A DNA stretch of 50,769 nt from positions 1-50,769 of the IMG/VR virus record IMGVR_UViG_3300011425_000005, one strand, 5' to 3'. The notes under the pieces were generated by a model that saw only the letters and a program-made list of their open reading frames with translations, was not told the origin of the DNA and did no database searches. The translations under genes and the position numbers were made by a program. Within the stretch, counting starts at the first letter, position 1, and every line of letters begins with the position of its first letter. Of this stretch, positions 1 to 9,921 are shown in pieces. The stretch is from a virus (Duplodnaviria > Caudoviricetes).

Positions 1-44
1 GCTTATAGTCACGTTGAACAAACATTAAAAGAGAGGATAAAGCC

Positions 45-1028
45 ATGGAAGAGAGATATCAGCAAGAAGCAGAATTTGGTGACGACCCCATCTTAGAAGA
101 AGATGATCCGGTAGAGGATGAGATTGTCCTTGATGAAGTCCCAGAGGAAGAAGAAGGCGATGAGTACGAAGAGGAATCTGAGGATTCAGATGGATATAAT
201 CCAGAGCTAAAGCAACGCGATAAGGCTCAGGTTAGAATAAATAGGTTAACAAAAGAAAGATATAAAGCTGAAAATAAAGCAAAGCGAGCATTATCAGATG
301 CAGATTATTGGCGTCAAAAATATGAACTATCTTCCCAGCTTAACCTTAGGCAGTCTGATTTAAATGCAACTGCTAGATTAGAAAAAGCCAGGGCAGCTCA
401 AATTTTAGCTATTGAATCAGGAGATGCTCAAGCTCAAGCAGATGCTAATATTGCAATTGCAGCAGCTACTTCTGATTTGCAAGAAATAAGCAAAGAACAT
501 TTAAGAAGTGAATATGAGCAAAGGTCTAGACAACAATACCCCGCTCAACAGCGTGAAGAAATTGATACAGAGATAGCGCATGACTGGGTTCAAGAAAACA
601 ATGATTGGATAAATCCACAAAGCAAAAACTTTGACGAAGAATTGACTCGATATATTGCAGCAGTAGATGACCAATTGGGTAATGAGCTGAGAGCTAAAAA
701 TGCAACTCACTTAATAGGCACTTCGGAATATATTGAAACATTAGACAATTATAAGTCTGCCTTCTTAAATCAAAGAAATCAAGCAATGCACTCAGGAAGA
801 AATCAAAACCAAAATAGGGGGTTAAATATGCGACAAGCACGTGGGGGCGCTTCACCTGTTAGAGGTGCTGGCCAAACGCAATATAGAAACAACAAGTCAA
901 TGGATTTGACGCCAGCTGAGCGAGCTATGGTTGAATCTATTAGTCATACCGGCGTTACTGAAGAAATCTTCAAAAAGGCAAAAATGGCTGACATGAAAAG
1001 ACGTGAAGCTGAAAGAGGAGGTGCATAA
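45..1028 (+). CDS. Putative capsid scaffolding protein
   Basis: Very acidic N-terminus, coiled coil (QVRINRLTKERYKAE), helical C-terminus; lies between portal/GroES and capsid genes. Confidence 0.65.
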   Translation: MEERYQQEAEFGDDPILEEDDPVEDEIVLDEVPEEEEGDEYEEESEDSDGYNPELKQRDKAQVRINRLTKERYKAENKAKRALSDADYWRQKYELSSQLNLRQSDLNATARLEKARAAQILAIESGDAQAQADANIAIAAATSDLQEISKEHLRSEYEQRSRQQYPAQQREEIDTEIAHDWVQENNDWINPQSKNFDEELTRYIAAVDDQLGNELRAKNATHLIGTSEYIETLDNYKSAFLNQRNQAMHSGRNQNQNRGLNMRQARGGASPVRGAGQTQYRNNKSMDLTPAERAMVESISHTGVTEEIFKKAKMADMKRREAERGGA

Positions 1029-1498
1029 TGGCTAATTTACCAAAAGATTTTTCATTAAAAACAAATGTAACCAAAGAACAGGCTTTAAAAGCTATCCAAA
1101 ATATGGAATATCAGGATTCATTAAGCATTCCTGATGAAATCATACCTAAAGGTATGGTATATGGAAGAGCTGATATACGAAGAGCTGATAGGGTTCAAAA
1201 TCTGCTTCGAAAAGGTTGGTCATTTGTACCCGCTAGCAGACATCCTGAAATGGTATTTAAGGGTGTTGAAGATCCAGACCCTAGAACAGCAGATTGGATT
1301 ATGTACGGGAAAGACCTAGCCCTTATGGAAAGAAGCCTAGAGCTTCATCAAGCTGAACAAAGAGTTATGGATGAGCACAATAGACAAAGGATAATGACTA
1401 CTCCAGGATTGGAACATGCGCCTTATAAGCCAAATATCCAAACCCAAAGTTATATGGATACTGATGATGGGAGAAGTAGGGACGTATCATTTGCATAA
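1028..1498 (+). CDS. Conserved phage head-module hypothetical protein
   Basis: Coupled to scaffold (TAATG); GWSFVPASRHPE...LALME motif resembles genes upstream of Mu-gpT-like capsids. Confidence 0.6.
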   Translation: MANLPKDFSLKTNVTKEQALKAIQNMEYQDSLSIPDEIIPKGMVYGRADIRRADRVQNLLRKGWSFVPASRHPEMVFKGVEDPDPRTADWIMYGKDLALMERSLELHQAEQRVMDEHNRQRIMTTPGLEHAPYKPNIQTQSYMDTDDGRSRDVSFA

Positions 1499-1543
1499 AA
1501 AACTTGCAATTTCCTGAAACTTGTGTATTGTATATATAAAGAA

Positions 1544-1710
1544 TGTGAGTTATTATATAAATTACTCATATAGAGAAGAATAGCACTCTATAAAACTGCT
1601 ATTGACGCATTTGTCCAACTTGTATGTGACATAAGTTGCTACATGATAAATCTAAGGCTAATTTGCCTTAATAGGTTGAGTGAAATACTCAAGTATAGGT
1701 TTAACATGGA
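1544..1710 (+). ncRNA. Structured 5' leader of capsid operon (H-type pseudoknot plus three-way junction)
   Basis: TATAGAG/CTCTATA (1569-75/1586-92) interleaved with AATAGCA/TGCTATT (1579-85/1597-1603); further hairpins up to the SD. Confidence 0.55.
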
Positions 1711-1718
1711 GATAATTT

Positions 1719-2354
1719 ATGTCATTTGGAACAAATGCCCCTATCGGGTTTGTTGAAAACGTTACTAAAACTAGCTCTACATGCAATACTCAAGATTATC
1801 AATACGATATTGCTAGTGGTTATGCTACTTCTCTTTTTACTGGCGACCCTGTTGCACCCTTAAATACTGGCTTTATTGGTCGGGCAACTCCTGGAGCAGG
1901 AAATCCTGTTTTAGGCGTTTTTAAAGGAGTTACTTTTCGCAGCACAACTAATGAGTTAATGTTTTTCCCTTATTGGGTAGCTAATACTGTTACAGCTAGT
2001 GCTGCTCCTGCTCAGGCTTATGTAATTGATGACCCAATGGTTGTATTTACAATTCAAGCCGGAAGCTCTAATGGTGGTACACAGCCACAAGCAGTTAGAA
2101 CTTCTATCAATAAAAATGCAGACTACGTTATAGGGGCTGGAAACACATTCAATGGTCTATCAGGTGCATATTTAGATATGTTCACTGTAGCTACGACTGT
2201 AGATCTACCATGCAAAATACTTTCGATTACACCTGGCTTCACTGCTGAAATCAGCCTGCCTTCGGAAAATGTTTTGGCTCAAAATTACAACAACGTAAAC
2301 GTCCTCTTTAACAATCATAAGTTTAAAGGCGGCACAGGTACAGTTGGAATTTAA
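1719..2354 (+). CDS. Capsid cement/decoration-like protein
   Basis: IASGYATSLFTGDPV and VIDDPMVVFTIQ motifs; directly upstream of the major capsid gene; GGAG SD. Confidence 0.65.
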   Translation: MSFGTNAPIGFVENVTKTSSTCNTQDYQYDIASGYATSLFTGDPVAPLNTGFIGRATPGAGNPVLGVFKGVTFRSTTNELMFFPYWVANTVTASAAPAQAYVIDDPMVVFTIQAGSSNGGTQPQAVRTSINKNADYVIGAGNTFNGLSGAYLDMFTVATTVDLPCKILSITPGFTAEISLPSENVLAQNYNNVNVLFNNHKFKGGTGTVGI

Positions 2355-2378
2355 TTAATTAAATAGGGAGATATTTTT

Positions 2379-3281
2379 ATGGCAATTGTACGCGCCGCGA
2401 TTAGAAACTTATTGATACCAACTGCTAATGCTGTTTTTTGGGACAATAAAACATATCCTGCACAATATAAAGAAATTTATACAACTGTGCGTTCACACAT
2501 GGCTCAAGAAATAGACGTTGAAATGCGTCCATTTGGTTTAGCTCAGTTCCAAGCTGAAGCTTCACCTTTTGCTTTCGATAATGGCATGGGTCAAAGAAAC
2601 TTGACTACTTATGTACATAAGAAAGTAAGTATCGGCTTTGGCATTTCTGAAGAAGCTTTAACAGATAACCTTTATAGAAACAAATTTGGTTCTATGGTTA
2701 ATATGTTGAAACAATCTATGAATATAACTAAAGATATTCTTGGTGCTGCTCCTTTAAATGGTGCATTCACAACCTTTATGACTGGCGACGGTGCTACTTT
2801 ATGCTCTACTCTACATCCTACCGACGGAGGTTTTTATGCAAATAGACCTGCTGTAGGTTCAGATTTGACTGAAGCTTCAGTTGAAAGCATGCTTACCATG
2901 ATCAGACGTTTGAAAGATTTAGCTGGTAAACCTGTTCACATTAATGCTGTCAAGTTAGTAGTTCCCCCTGAATTGGAATGGGCTGCATGTCGACTAACCA
3001 TGTCTACCTACAGAACTGGAACTAACAACAATGATATCTCTGCAATCTATAATAAGTCTGCATTGCCTAAAGGTTATATAGTTAATAACTATTTAACCAA
3101 TCCTAGTGCTTACTTTATTATCACAGATGCTATCGATGGCTTTAAGCATTTTGTTATGCAAGATGTTAAGGTTGACGTAGATACTGATTTTGCTACATCT
3201 AATGTCTTAACAAAAGTTTGGGAACGTTATTGCTTTGGCGTAACAAACCCACGCGCTGTTGTAGGTAATCCTGGACTTTAA
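2379..3281 (+). CDS. Major capsid protein (Mu gpT-like, HK97 fold)
   Basis: GDGATLCSTLHP, KLVVPPELE, NNYLTNPSAYFI and ERYCFGVTNPRAVVGNPG motifs; 300 aa. Confidence 0.9.
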   Translation: MAIVRAAIRNLLIPTANAVFWDNKTYPAQYKEIYTTVRSHMAQEIDVEMRPFGLAQFQAEASPFAFDNGMGQRNLTTYVHKKVSIGFGISEEALTDNLYRNKFGSMVNMLKQSMNITKDILGAAPLNGAFTTFMTGDGATLCSTLHPTDGGFYANRPAVGSDLTEASVESMLTMIRRLKDLAGKPVHINAVKLVVPPELEWAACRLTMSTYRTGTNNNDISAIYNKSALPKGYIVNNYLTNPSAYFIITDAIDGFKHFVMQDVKVDVDTDFATSNVLTKVWERYCFGVTNPRAVVGNPGL

Positions 3282-3298
3282 GATTAAGGAGATCAGTT

Positions 3299-3988
3299 AT
3301 GGCAAATAATTATATTCCAAATGGTGAATTAGCCGTATTGGTTGGGGATGGGAGTATTGCTCTTCCTACCCCACAACCTACAAAGGTTAGTGGAGATAAA
3401 GTTAATGCATGTATAGAGACGCAATCTACTACACGTGCAGATATCTTTATGAAGCCAAAAACTGACGCTCAAATTGCGGCTATTGTTAACCCAACTCCTG
3501 GTATGGTTTCATTTAGCAGTACTTTGGGTAAAATGGTTGTAAGAGAAACGGCTGTATGGGCTCCAATAAATGCAGTAACTGGCTTACTGTATAGCACAGT
3601 TAATTTGACTACTGCTCAAATTATAGGAATGAGTGCAGCTCCAGTTGTAATATTAGCTGCGCCAGGCGCAGGTTTAACTTACATTGTTCATGGGCTCAGA
3701 TTCTCTATAGTTTATGCAGGTGCTCTGTTTACTGGTGGTGGAATAATTAATGGCCAATATGGAGCAACAGCATTAGGTGCTGGAGAAGATGCAACTAATG
3801 CATTTGCTGCTACATTCTTAACAGCTACTGCAGCAAGTAAATTTTTCTATGTTACTGGAAATGATACTGTTGCATTAACAGCAGCTGGAACAGAAAACCA
3901 ATCTATAACGCTTACAAATGGAACAGCTCCATTTGCTGGCGGTGGAACTTCTACTGGTAAGGTAGAGGTTTGGTATTCAATTGTTTGA
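3299..3988 (+). CDS. Head decoration/fibre protein, paralog 1
   Basis: Follows MCP; beta-rich; N-terminal ~90 aa similar to 4597; C-terminal AAPGAG...VWYSIV domain. Confidence 0.6.
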   Translation: MANNYIPNGELAVLVGDGSIALPTPQPTKVSGDKVNACIETQSTTRADIFMKPKTDAQIAAIVNPTPGMVSFSSTLGKMVVRETAVWAPINAVTGLLYSTVNLTTAQIIGMSAAPVVILAAPGAGLTYIVHGLRFSIVYAGALFTGGGIINGQYGATALGAGEDATNAFAATFLTATAASKFFYVTGNDTVALTAAGTENQSITLTNGTAPFAGGGTSTGKVEVWYSIV

Positions 3989-4009
3989 TCAAGATGAAGG
4001 TAATTCTTT

Positions 4010-4582
4010 ATGTCAAATGTTTTGGCCCAAAATGAAAATGTTATAGATTTGTCATGTGTGGCTCTCATGAATAATGAGAGCCCTGCTAATGATGGTGATA
4101 TTGGAATTAAAATAAATTCAAATGTTGGTTCAATAAACACATCTTCATTTACTACAACTTATGCTGCGGTTACTGTAACAACACAGCAACTTATAGATCT
4201 ATTTGAATCTGGACCTCTAGATATAATTGCTGCGCCAGGAGCAGGTTATATAAATGTTCTTAACGGATTAGCGTTTTCAATAGATGAGGGCGGAACTGAA
4301 TTTAATGAAGAGTTTCAATATCAGCTTATGTCATTAGTATATAATTCAGGAAATAAGCCAATTTTAGCATTTACTATGGGATCTTTTTTTCTAGATTATA
4401 CTGAAGATAGATTTACTTACGCAAATGTGAATATGAGTAATTATGATCATGCGTATGTTTATAATAGTGAATGTGTAAATAAGGCAATTTCTCTTTATCC
4501 ATCAGGAACTTTTACTGCAACAGGTGGAACTACAAGATTAAGAGTTCATGTTTGGTATACAACTATTGAAGCAAGTTTTTAA
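4010..4582 (+). CDS. Head decoration/fibre protein, paralog 2
   Basis: Shares IIAAPGAG and VWY C-terminal motifs with both neighbours. Confidence 0.55.
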   Translation: MSNVLAQNENVIDLSCVALMNNESPANDGDIGIKINSNVGSINTSSFTTTYAAVTVTTQQLIDLFESGPLDIIAAPGAGYINVLNGLAFSIDEGGTEFNEEFQYQLMSLVYNSGNKPILAFTMGSFFLDYTEDRFTYANVNMSNYDHAYVYNSECVNKAISLYPSGTFTATGGTTRLRVHVWYTTIEASF

Positions 4583-4596
4583 ATTAAAGGTATTTT

Positions 4597-5340
4597 ATGG
4601 TAAATAATTATGTACCAAATAGCGATTTAGCATTCATCATAGGTGATGGTGGGATATCAAGAGCTTCTCCGGCACCAACAAGAGTTAGCGGGGATAAAGT
4701 TAATGCATGTTTGGAGATTCAGTCTACAACTCGTGCAGATATTTTTCTTAAGCCTAAAACGGATGCGCAGATTGCGGCTATTCCTAACCCTACTGATGGA
4801 ATGATTGCTTTTAGTAGCACTCAATCGGCTATTGTTGTTAGAGAAGCTGGAAATTGGGACCCACTGACACCTGCTGTTCCTCCAACTCCACCATTTATAC
4901 TTTATGCTTCAGTTTCTTTAAATACTTCTCAAATGTTTGATATGTTAAGTAATGGAATAGGATCTCAACCTATTATACTTCCAGCTCCTGGACCAGGATT
5001 GAGATATATAATTCATGGAATTAATTTAAATTTCTATGAAAATGATGCTAATTTTTCTGCAAGTGTAACTGACGGTGTCAGGGCTGTATATGACTTTATT
5101 AGCATTTCACTTACTTGGGAAGATTTTGCTTCTGGATTAATCCCTTATTCATTTTTTGTTACTGAAGATAATGATGGTGATAGAGCATTTTATACAACTG
5201 GTGATTCTGTTGATGGCGATCGTCTTCCTGAGACTACTAATGCTGCCATACGTATAGCACGTGTAGGATCAAGTGGATTTATTTATAGTGGCAGTCCAAC
5301 TGGTAAAGTTGATGTTTGGTATTCAATTGTTTCAGTTTAA
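4597..5340 (+). CDS. Head decoration/fibre protein, paralog 3
   Basis: VSGDKVNAC.E.QSTTRADIF.KPKTDAQIAAI shared with 3299; ends GKVDVWYSIV. Confidence 0.6.
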   Translation: MVNNYVPNSDLAFIIGDGGISRASPAPTRVSGDKVNACLEIQSTTRADIFLKPKTDAQIAAIPNPTDGMIAFSSTQSAIVVREAGNWDPLTPAVPPTPPFILYASVSLNTSQMFDMLSNGIGSQPIILPAPGPGLRYIIHGINLNFYENDANFSASVTDGVRAVYDFISISLTWEDFASGLIPYSFFVTEDNDGDRAFYTTGDSVDGDRLPETTNAAIRIARVGSSGFIYSGSPTGKVDVWYSIVSV

Positions 5341-5357
5341 ATTAAAGGAGAATGTAA

Positions 5358-5609
5358 ATGTTTAAAGAAATGATTAGTAAGGTTGAAGCAAAGGTTTCTG
5401 AACTTGAAAATAAAGTAAAGCAAAACAATGATGCTGTCGGAAATTTAATTATGAGCATTGATAGTCAAACTGCTGAAAAAATAAGGATTCAAAATGAGTC
5501 TACTTTTTTATCAGGTGCAATACAAGGATTTAAAACAATGATTTCTGAACTTAAAACTTTCGAACCAGAAAAAACTTCTCCAGTCGAAACAATAGAGGAA
5601 TTACAATAA
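5358..5609 (+). CDS. Small coiled-coil protein
   Basis: Strong SD (AAGGAG), heptad pattern. Confidence 0.6.
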   Translation: MFKEMISKVEAKVSELENKVKQNNDAVGNLIMSIDSQTAEKIRIQNESTFLSGAIQGFKTMISELKTFEPEKTSPVETIEELQ

Positions 5610-5610
5610 G

Positions 5611-6288
5611 ATGGCACATCTTACGAAAATTACATGGCCATTATTAGATTTGCAAGCTGTATGTCTTAATCAGACACTAGCTGCCGCTGGAAATCTAATT
5701 ATTAATGGGACTCTTTCTAGTAATCCTAACTTACCTAATATCAGGGCTGAATTTCCTAAAATTTGTCGGCAGGTGACTATTTCATCTACTGGTAATTTAT
5801 CTGGAATTCAGTTCACTATAACTGGAATAGGTGACAACGGTTACCCTAAATCAGTAACAATAGCTGGACCAAATAATAACACTGTGACCACGGTAAATGA
5901 ACTGTTCACAATCGTTAATTCTGTTTCTGCTAATGCAGCTGTTGCTACAAATGTAAGGGTTGGAACTGGAACTCTTGGAGCTACTCAATGGTTCCTTAGT
6001 GACCATTACAGAGATGTTAACCATTTGGCTGTCAATGTCATTGTTACTGGAACCATTAATTACTCATTCCAAACAACATATGACGATCCAACAACAAACC
6101 CTAATTATGTAGTTAAAACTCCAATTGATGGAGTAACGATTCCAACAGTACCTACTACAACGCCGATGGTTAATCAAACCGTTAGTGATCTTGCTGATTA
6201 TACTATTCCAACACATTATTCTAGAGTCTATGTAAATAGCTCAGATGCAACTGGTGCTCTGGTAGTAAACTTTTTACAACAAGGGTGA
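5611..6288 (+). CDS. Virion structural protein
   Basis: Beta-rich, T/N/V-rich; in the structural operon. Confidence 0.6.
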   Translation: MAHLTKITWPLLDLQAVCLNQTLAAAGNLIINGTLSSNPNLPNIRAEFPKICRQVTISSTGNLSGIQFTITGIGDNGYPKSVTIAGPNNNTVTTVNELFTIVNSVSANAAVATNVRVGTGTLGATQWFLSDHYRDVNHLAVNVIVTGTINYSFQTTYDDPTTNPNYVVKTPIDGVTIPTVPTTTPMVNQTVSDLADYTIPTHYSRVYVNSSDATGALVVNFLQQG

Positions 6289-6292
6289 GTTT

Positions 6293-6493
6293 ATGAATAG
6301 ATCAATAAAAGATGAAAAATGGATCCAAAGGGCAATAAAGAGAAAGGGTTCTTTGCATGAATCATTGCATATCCCTGAATCTAAAAAAATCCCAATGGCT
6401 ACGCTAGAAAAGGCTGCTCATTCTAAGGGTAAACTTATGAGAGAAAGAGCTAATTTGGCGATGACCTTAAAAAGGTTAAATCGTTCTGGATAA
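6293..6493 (+). CDS. Small basic conserved phage protein
   Basis: KWIQRAIKRKGSLHESL...KIP...RANLAMTL motif seen in phage head modules. Confidence 0.65.
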   Translation: MNRSIKDEKWIQRAIKRKGSLHESLHIPESKKIPMATLEKAAHSKGKLMRERANLAMTLKRLNRSG

Positions 6494-6507
6494 TCAGGGA
6501 TGATAAA

Positions 6508-7569
6508 ATGTCAACTTCAGAAACATATGATTTCGGTTCTGCACAGAACGAACAGATTATAAGGGAAGCTTATGAACGAGTTGGCGTTTTAGGTGATTTG
6601 CAAACTAATCAAAAAGTTAAAACTGCTCTTCGATCTTTAAATTTTATTTTAATCTCATGGATTAATAGAAGGTTAAATCTTTTTACAATAAAACAAGGAT
6701 TACTTGCCTTAAATCCGGGTCAATCCTCGTATTTAATGCCAAAAAATATAGCCGACGTATTAAAGGCCAGCCTAAGGAGTTCATACAGAAATTTAGGTGG
6801 AACAGCGGCTTCTACTCCTGGAGGTATAGCTGATAATGCTTTTGATTCAAATCTAAATACCAGCTGCGCTCAAACGGGCCCTAATGGAAATATTTCATAT
6901 ACATGGGGCGGCTCAAATAGAGCAATATCTATGATTGGCATTGTTTCTTTTATTGATGCTACTTATACACTAACTGCACAATTCTCTTATGATGGAATTA
7001 ATTGGGCAAATAATGAAGTTTTAATATTACCTGCGACTCAATTCAAAAAAAATGTATTGCAATGGTTTTCAATTCCAGTACCAATTGCTGGTGCTTATTT
7101 TAGAATTTTAGAAACTGGTGGCGCTACTTTAAATATAGCTGAACTTTATTTCAACAATAATGTGCAGGATTCTGTTTTAAGTAGAATGTCATGGAGTGAA
7201 TATCATACTTACCCAAATAAGGAACAACCCGGAACCCCATCTCAATATGGATTTGATAGACAAATTAATCCAATCTTAAGGATATATGAAACCCCAAATA
7301 ATTTATATAATTGCTTATATTACACATTCAAAAGACAAATCCAAGATATTGGAACCATTATAGATACGGCTGAAATTCCAGATAGATTTATGGAAGCTAT
7401 AACGGCTGACCTTGCATATAGGCTTGGCGTGAAAGAAAAAAGACTAGACATTCTTGATAGATTAAAGGGTGATGCTATTGAAGCTTTTAGGGAAGTTGCA
7501 TTTGAAGATGAAGAAAGCGTTCCAGTCAAGATTAAAGCAAAGCCCTCTAGACATTGGAGTGCAAACTAA
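6508..7569 (+). CDS. Head-tail adaptor (P22 gp4-like) with inserted discoidin/F5-8C-like domain
   Basis: IIREAYERVG, ALRSLN, W.NR.LNLFT and IPDRFMEAI...LAY motifs; insert at 6787-7155. Confidence 0.7.
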   Translation: MSTSETYDFGSAQNEQIIREAYERVGVLGDLQTNQKVKTALRSLNFILISWINRRLNLFTIKQGLLALNPGQSSYLMPKNIADVLKASLRSSYRNLGGTAASTPGGIADNAFDSNLNTSCAQTGPNGNISYTWGGSNRAISMIGIVSFIDATYTLTAQFSYDGINWANNEVLILPATQFKKNVLQWFSIPVPIAGAYFRILETGGATLNIAELYFNNNVQDSVLSRMSWSEYHTYPNKEQPGTPSQYGFDRQINPILRIYETPNNLYNCLYYTFKRQIQDIGTIIDTAEIPDRFMEAITADLAYRLGVKEKRLDILDRLKGDAIEAFREVAFEDEESVPVKIKAKPSRHWSAN

Positions 7570-8075
7570 TGTCAAATAGAAGAGGAAGATACTATATAGT
7601 TGACCCAGAAAATCCTCAAGCTAAAGGAATTTGTGATCGTTCTGGATTTGCTTTTAATCAAAGCGATTTAGTAAAGCAAATGGAATGGAGGGGAGAGTCT
7701 TTAGAATGGACAGGCCTAACAGTAGGGAGACCATTTCTGGATGAACCAAATGAACAATTTAGAACTCCTGAAGTAGGACCTGATTCAATTCCTGTTGAAA
7801 ATCCTAAAATGCCAGTTTTCACGGAAGTGTTTTGGGCAAATCAAATGACTCCATGGTCACAATTGAATGTTTTAACATGGGCATCATGGGGTGGAGTTGA
7901 ACAAGGGATTTTAACGGCTCCTGAGGATGAAATATTACAAGCGCTACAAGCAAATATGCCTGTATCACCAAATTATGCTTCTAGCCCATTTCAAATTTTT
8001 AAACCAGAATTAACTCAAGATCAAATTTTATCTTCTCTTGAGAACTATAATTGGAGTAGTAATCAAAATGTCTGA
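7569..8075 (+). CDS. Conserved neck-region protein (GICDRSGF motif)
   Basis: AKGICDRSGF motif; start likely ATG 7569 coupled to the upstream TAA. Confidence 0.6.
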   Translation: MSNRRGRYYIVDPENPQAKGICDRSGFAFNQSDLVKQMEWRGESLEWTGLTVGRPFLDEPNEQFRTPEVGPDSIPVENPKMPVFTEVFWANQMTPWSQLNVLTWASWGGVEQGILTAPEDEILQALQANMPVSPNYASSPFQIFKPELTQDQILSSLENYNWSSNQNV

Positions 8076-9912
8076 TTTAACCCTTCTTGCTCCACAAAGT
8101 TCATATTTTAGCTTATTGAATACTCAATCCAGCAATGGTCTTACTAATTTCTTGCAAGTTATACAGGATGGCCTTGGAAGAAATACACCTCTATCACTTT
8201 CACAAACAGGTATTGATATAAATACCACTATGGGTGGTGGATTTTCAATTGATAATACACAATTACTTGCAACGGCAGCTCAAATAAATGCTGTTTGTTA
8301 CAATGCCTCATTTGCAGCATTTACGACAGCCCTTAAACTTCCTAATGGGACGACTGCGCAAAGGCCTGGAACACCTGCAAACGGTGATATTAGATATAAC
8401 TCAACAACTCAATCCGGCGAACTTTATGCTGCTGGAACTTGGATGACTTTAAATGCAGGAAGTCCTGGTCAATATTTCCCAGGAAATCCTACGTACCTAC
8501 AAGATACTTATTTAGCTGGAACTTACAATGTTAGCATGGGCTCTCCTATGCCACCTGTTACATTTAGAACAGAATGTACATTATTTGGAGACTCAGTCGC
8601 TCAATCTGCATCTTCTGGTTCAAACTTATGTGCATTTGGGTATCAGGCGTTAATGATAGTTTCTTCTGGTTCAGATAATAGTGCATTTGGCCATATGAGC
8701 GGGAAATCTACAATAGCTGGATTAGGAAATAGTTTTTTTGGCAAATCATCTGGCCAAGGAAATGTTAATGGTGATCGTAATTCATATTATGGCGCACAAA
8801 GTGGTGCTGTTTCAGATGGTGACGATAACTCATTCTATGGTGCTGCATGTGGGACAAGCCTTTTAGTTGGTGATGAAAATTCATTTTTTGGTTCACTAGC
8901 TGCTGAAAACTCTGATGGATGTTCATCATGTTGTGCTTTTGGTTTTTCATCGTTACAAGAAAATGAACAAAACAGGATGTCTGCATTTGGCGCCCTTTCA
9001 GCAACATCCAATATTTCTGGTGATAATTTAGATGCCTTTGGATATGCTGCGCTTTCTTCAAATATTTTAGGTAATGATAATGCTGCATTTGCACAAAATT
9101 CATTATTCAGTAATATTGATGGTGATTTTAATTGCGCTTTTGGATTAGAATCAATATATTCAAGCACCGCGGGTAATTCAATTTCTGCTTTTGGATATAT
9201 GACTTTACGTAATTCTACTGAAAGTTCTAATTCTGCTTTTGGATATAAATCTGGATTATCACTCACTACTGGCGAAAAGAATTCATTCTTTGGAGCTTCT
9301 TCTGCAGAAATTGGTACTATATCTGGACTTACTGGATGTACATTGATAGGTGCAGAAACAACTATTACATCAGGATTAACAAATGCAACTGCTATTGGTT
9401 ATCAAGCGTCTGCAACAATAAACGATTCAATTGTTCTTGGAAAGTCTGGAACAAACGTTGGAATAGGTCTTTCCGACCCTGAATTTCCTTTAGATGTTAT
9501 TGGACCAGTTTATTTTAAGGGTATTGACTCAGGTTACCCTGGAACTGGATTATTAACTACACAATATGGAATATCAACATCTGGAGTTACATCACAAGAT
9601 ATAGATTTTGCAATTGATACAATTGAGCCAAATATTCTATCTGTAAGTGTTAAAATTTCTGTTATTAAGACTACTGGAGATAAATCAGCATATGCAACAT
9701 CAACAGCAGCAGCCTTTTATGATGGAATTACAAGCGCATCTGTAGGAGCCCTACCTGCAATAACATTTACAGCAACAGCTGCTTATGCTCCAACTGCTGT
9801 TTGGTCTATTTCTGGAAATAATCTTCGCCTTACTGTTACTGGAGTTGCAGCTGGAAATGAGATATGGGTGATTTCTTCAGATTCATTTTCAACATATAAT
9901 AGTGCGGCCTAG
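8068..9912 (+). CDS. Tail fibre/adhesin with NSxFG repeats and a YadA-head-like segment
   Basis: LPNGTTAQRP..GDIRYN motif, many ~14-aa NSAFG/NSFFG repeats, ATAIGYQASATINDSIVLG; likely start MSDL at 8068. Confidence 0.75.
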   Translation: MSDLTLLAPQSSYFSLLNTQSSNGLTNFLQVIQDGLGRNTPLSLSQTGIDINTTMGGGFSIDNTQLLATAAQINAVCYNASFAAFTTALKLPNGTTAQRPGTPANGDIRYNSTTQSGELYAAGTWMTLNAGSPGQYFPGNPTYLQDTYLAGTYNVSMGSPMPPVTFRTECTLFGDSVAQSASSGSNLCAFGYQALMIVSSGSDNSAFGHMSGKSTIAGLGNSFFGKSSGQGNVNGDRNSYYGAQSGAVSDGDDNSFYGAACGTSLLVGDENSFFGSLAAENSDGCSSCCAFGFSSLQENEQNRMSAFGALSATSNISGDNLDAFGYAALSSNILGNDNAAFAQNSLFSNIDGDFNCAFGLESIYSSTAGNSISAFGYMTLRNSTESSNSAFGYKSGLSLTTGEKNSFFGASSAEIGTISGLTGCTLIGAETTITSGLTNATAIGYQASATINDSIVLGKSGTNVGIGLSDPEFPLDVIGPVYFKGIDSGYPGTGLLTTQYGISTSGVTSQDIDFAIDTIEPNILSVSVKISVIKTTGDKSAYATSTAAAFYDGITSASVGALPAITFTATAAYAPTAVWSISGNNLRLTVTGVAAGNEIWVISSDSFSTYNSAA

Positions 9913-9921
9913 GGGAATTAT

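Noticed and set aside
8765-9266. Minus-strand ORFs within the fibre gene, and similar shadows in 16283, 17468, 19768, terL and portal
   Set aside because: Fully antisense to well-supported genes, no SD or motifs
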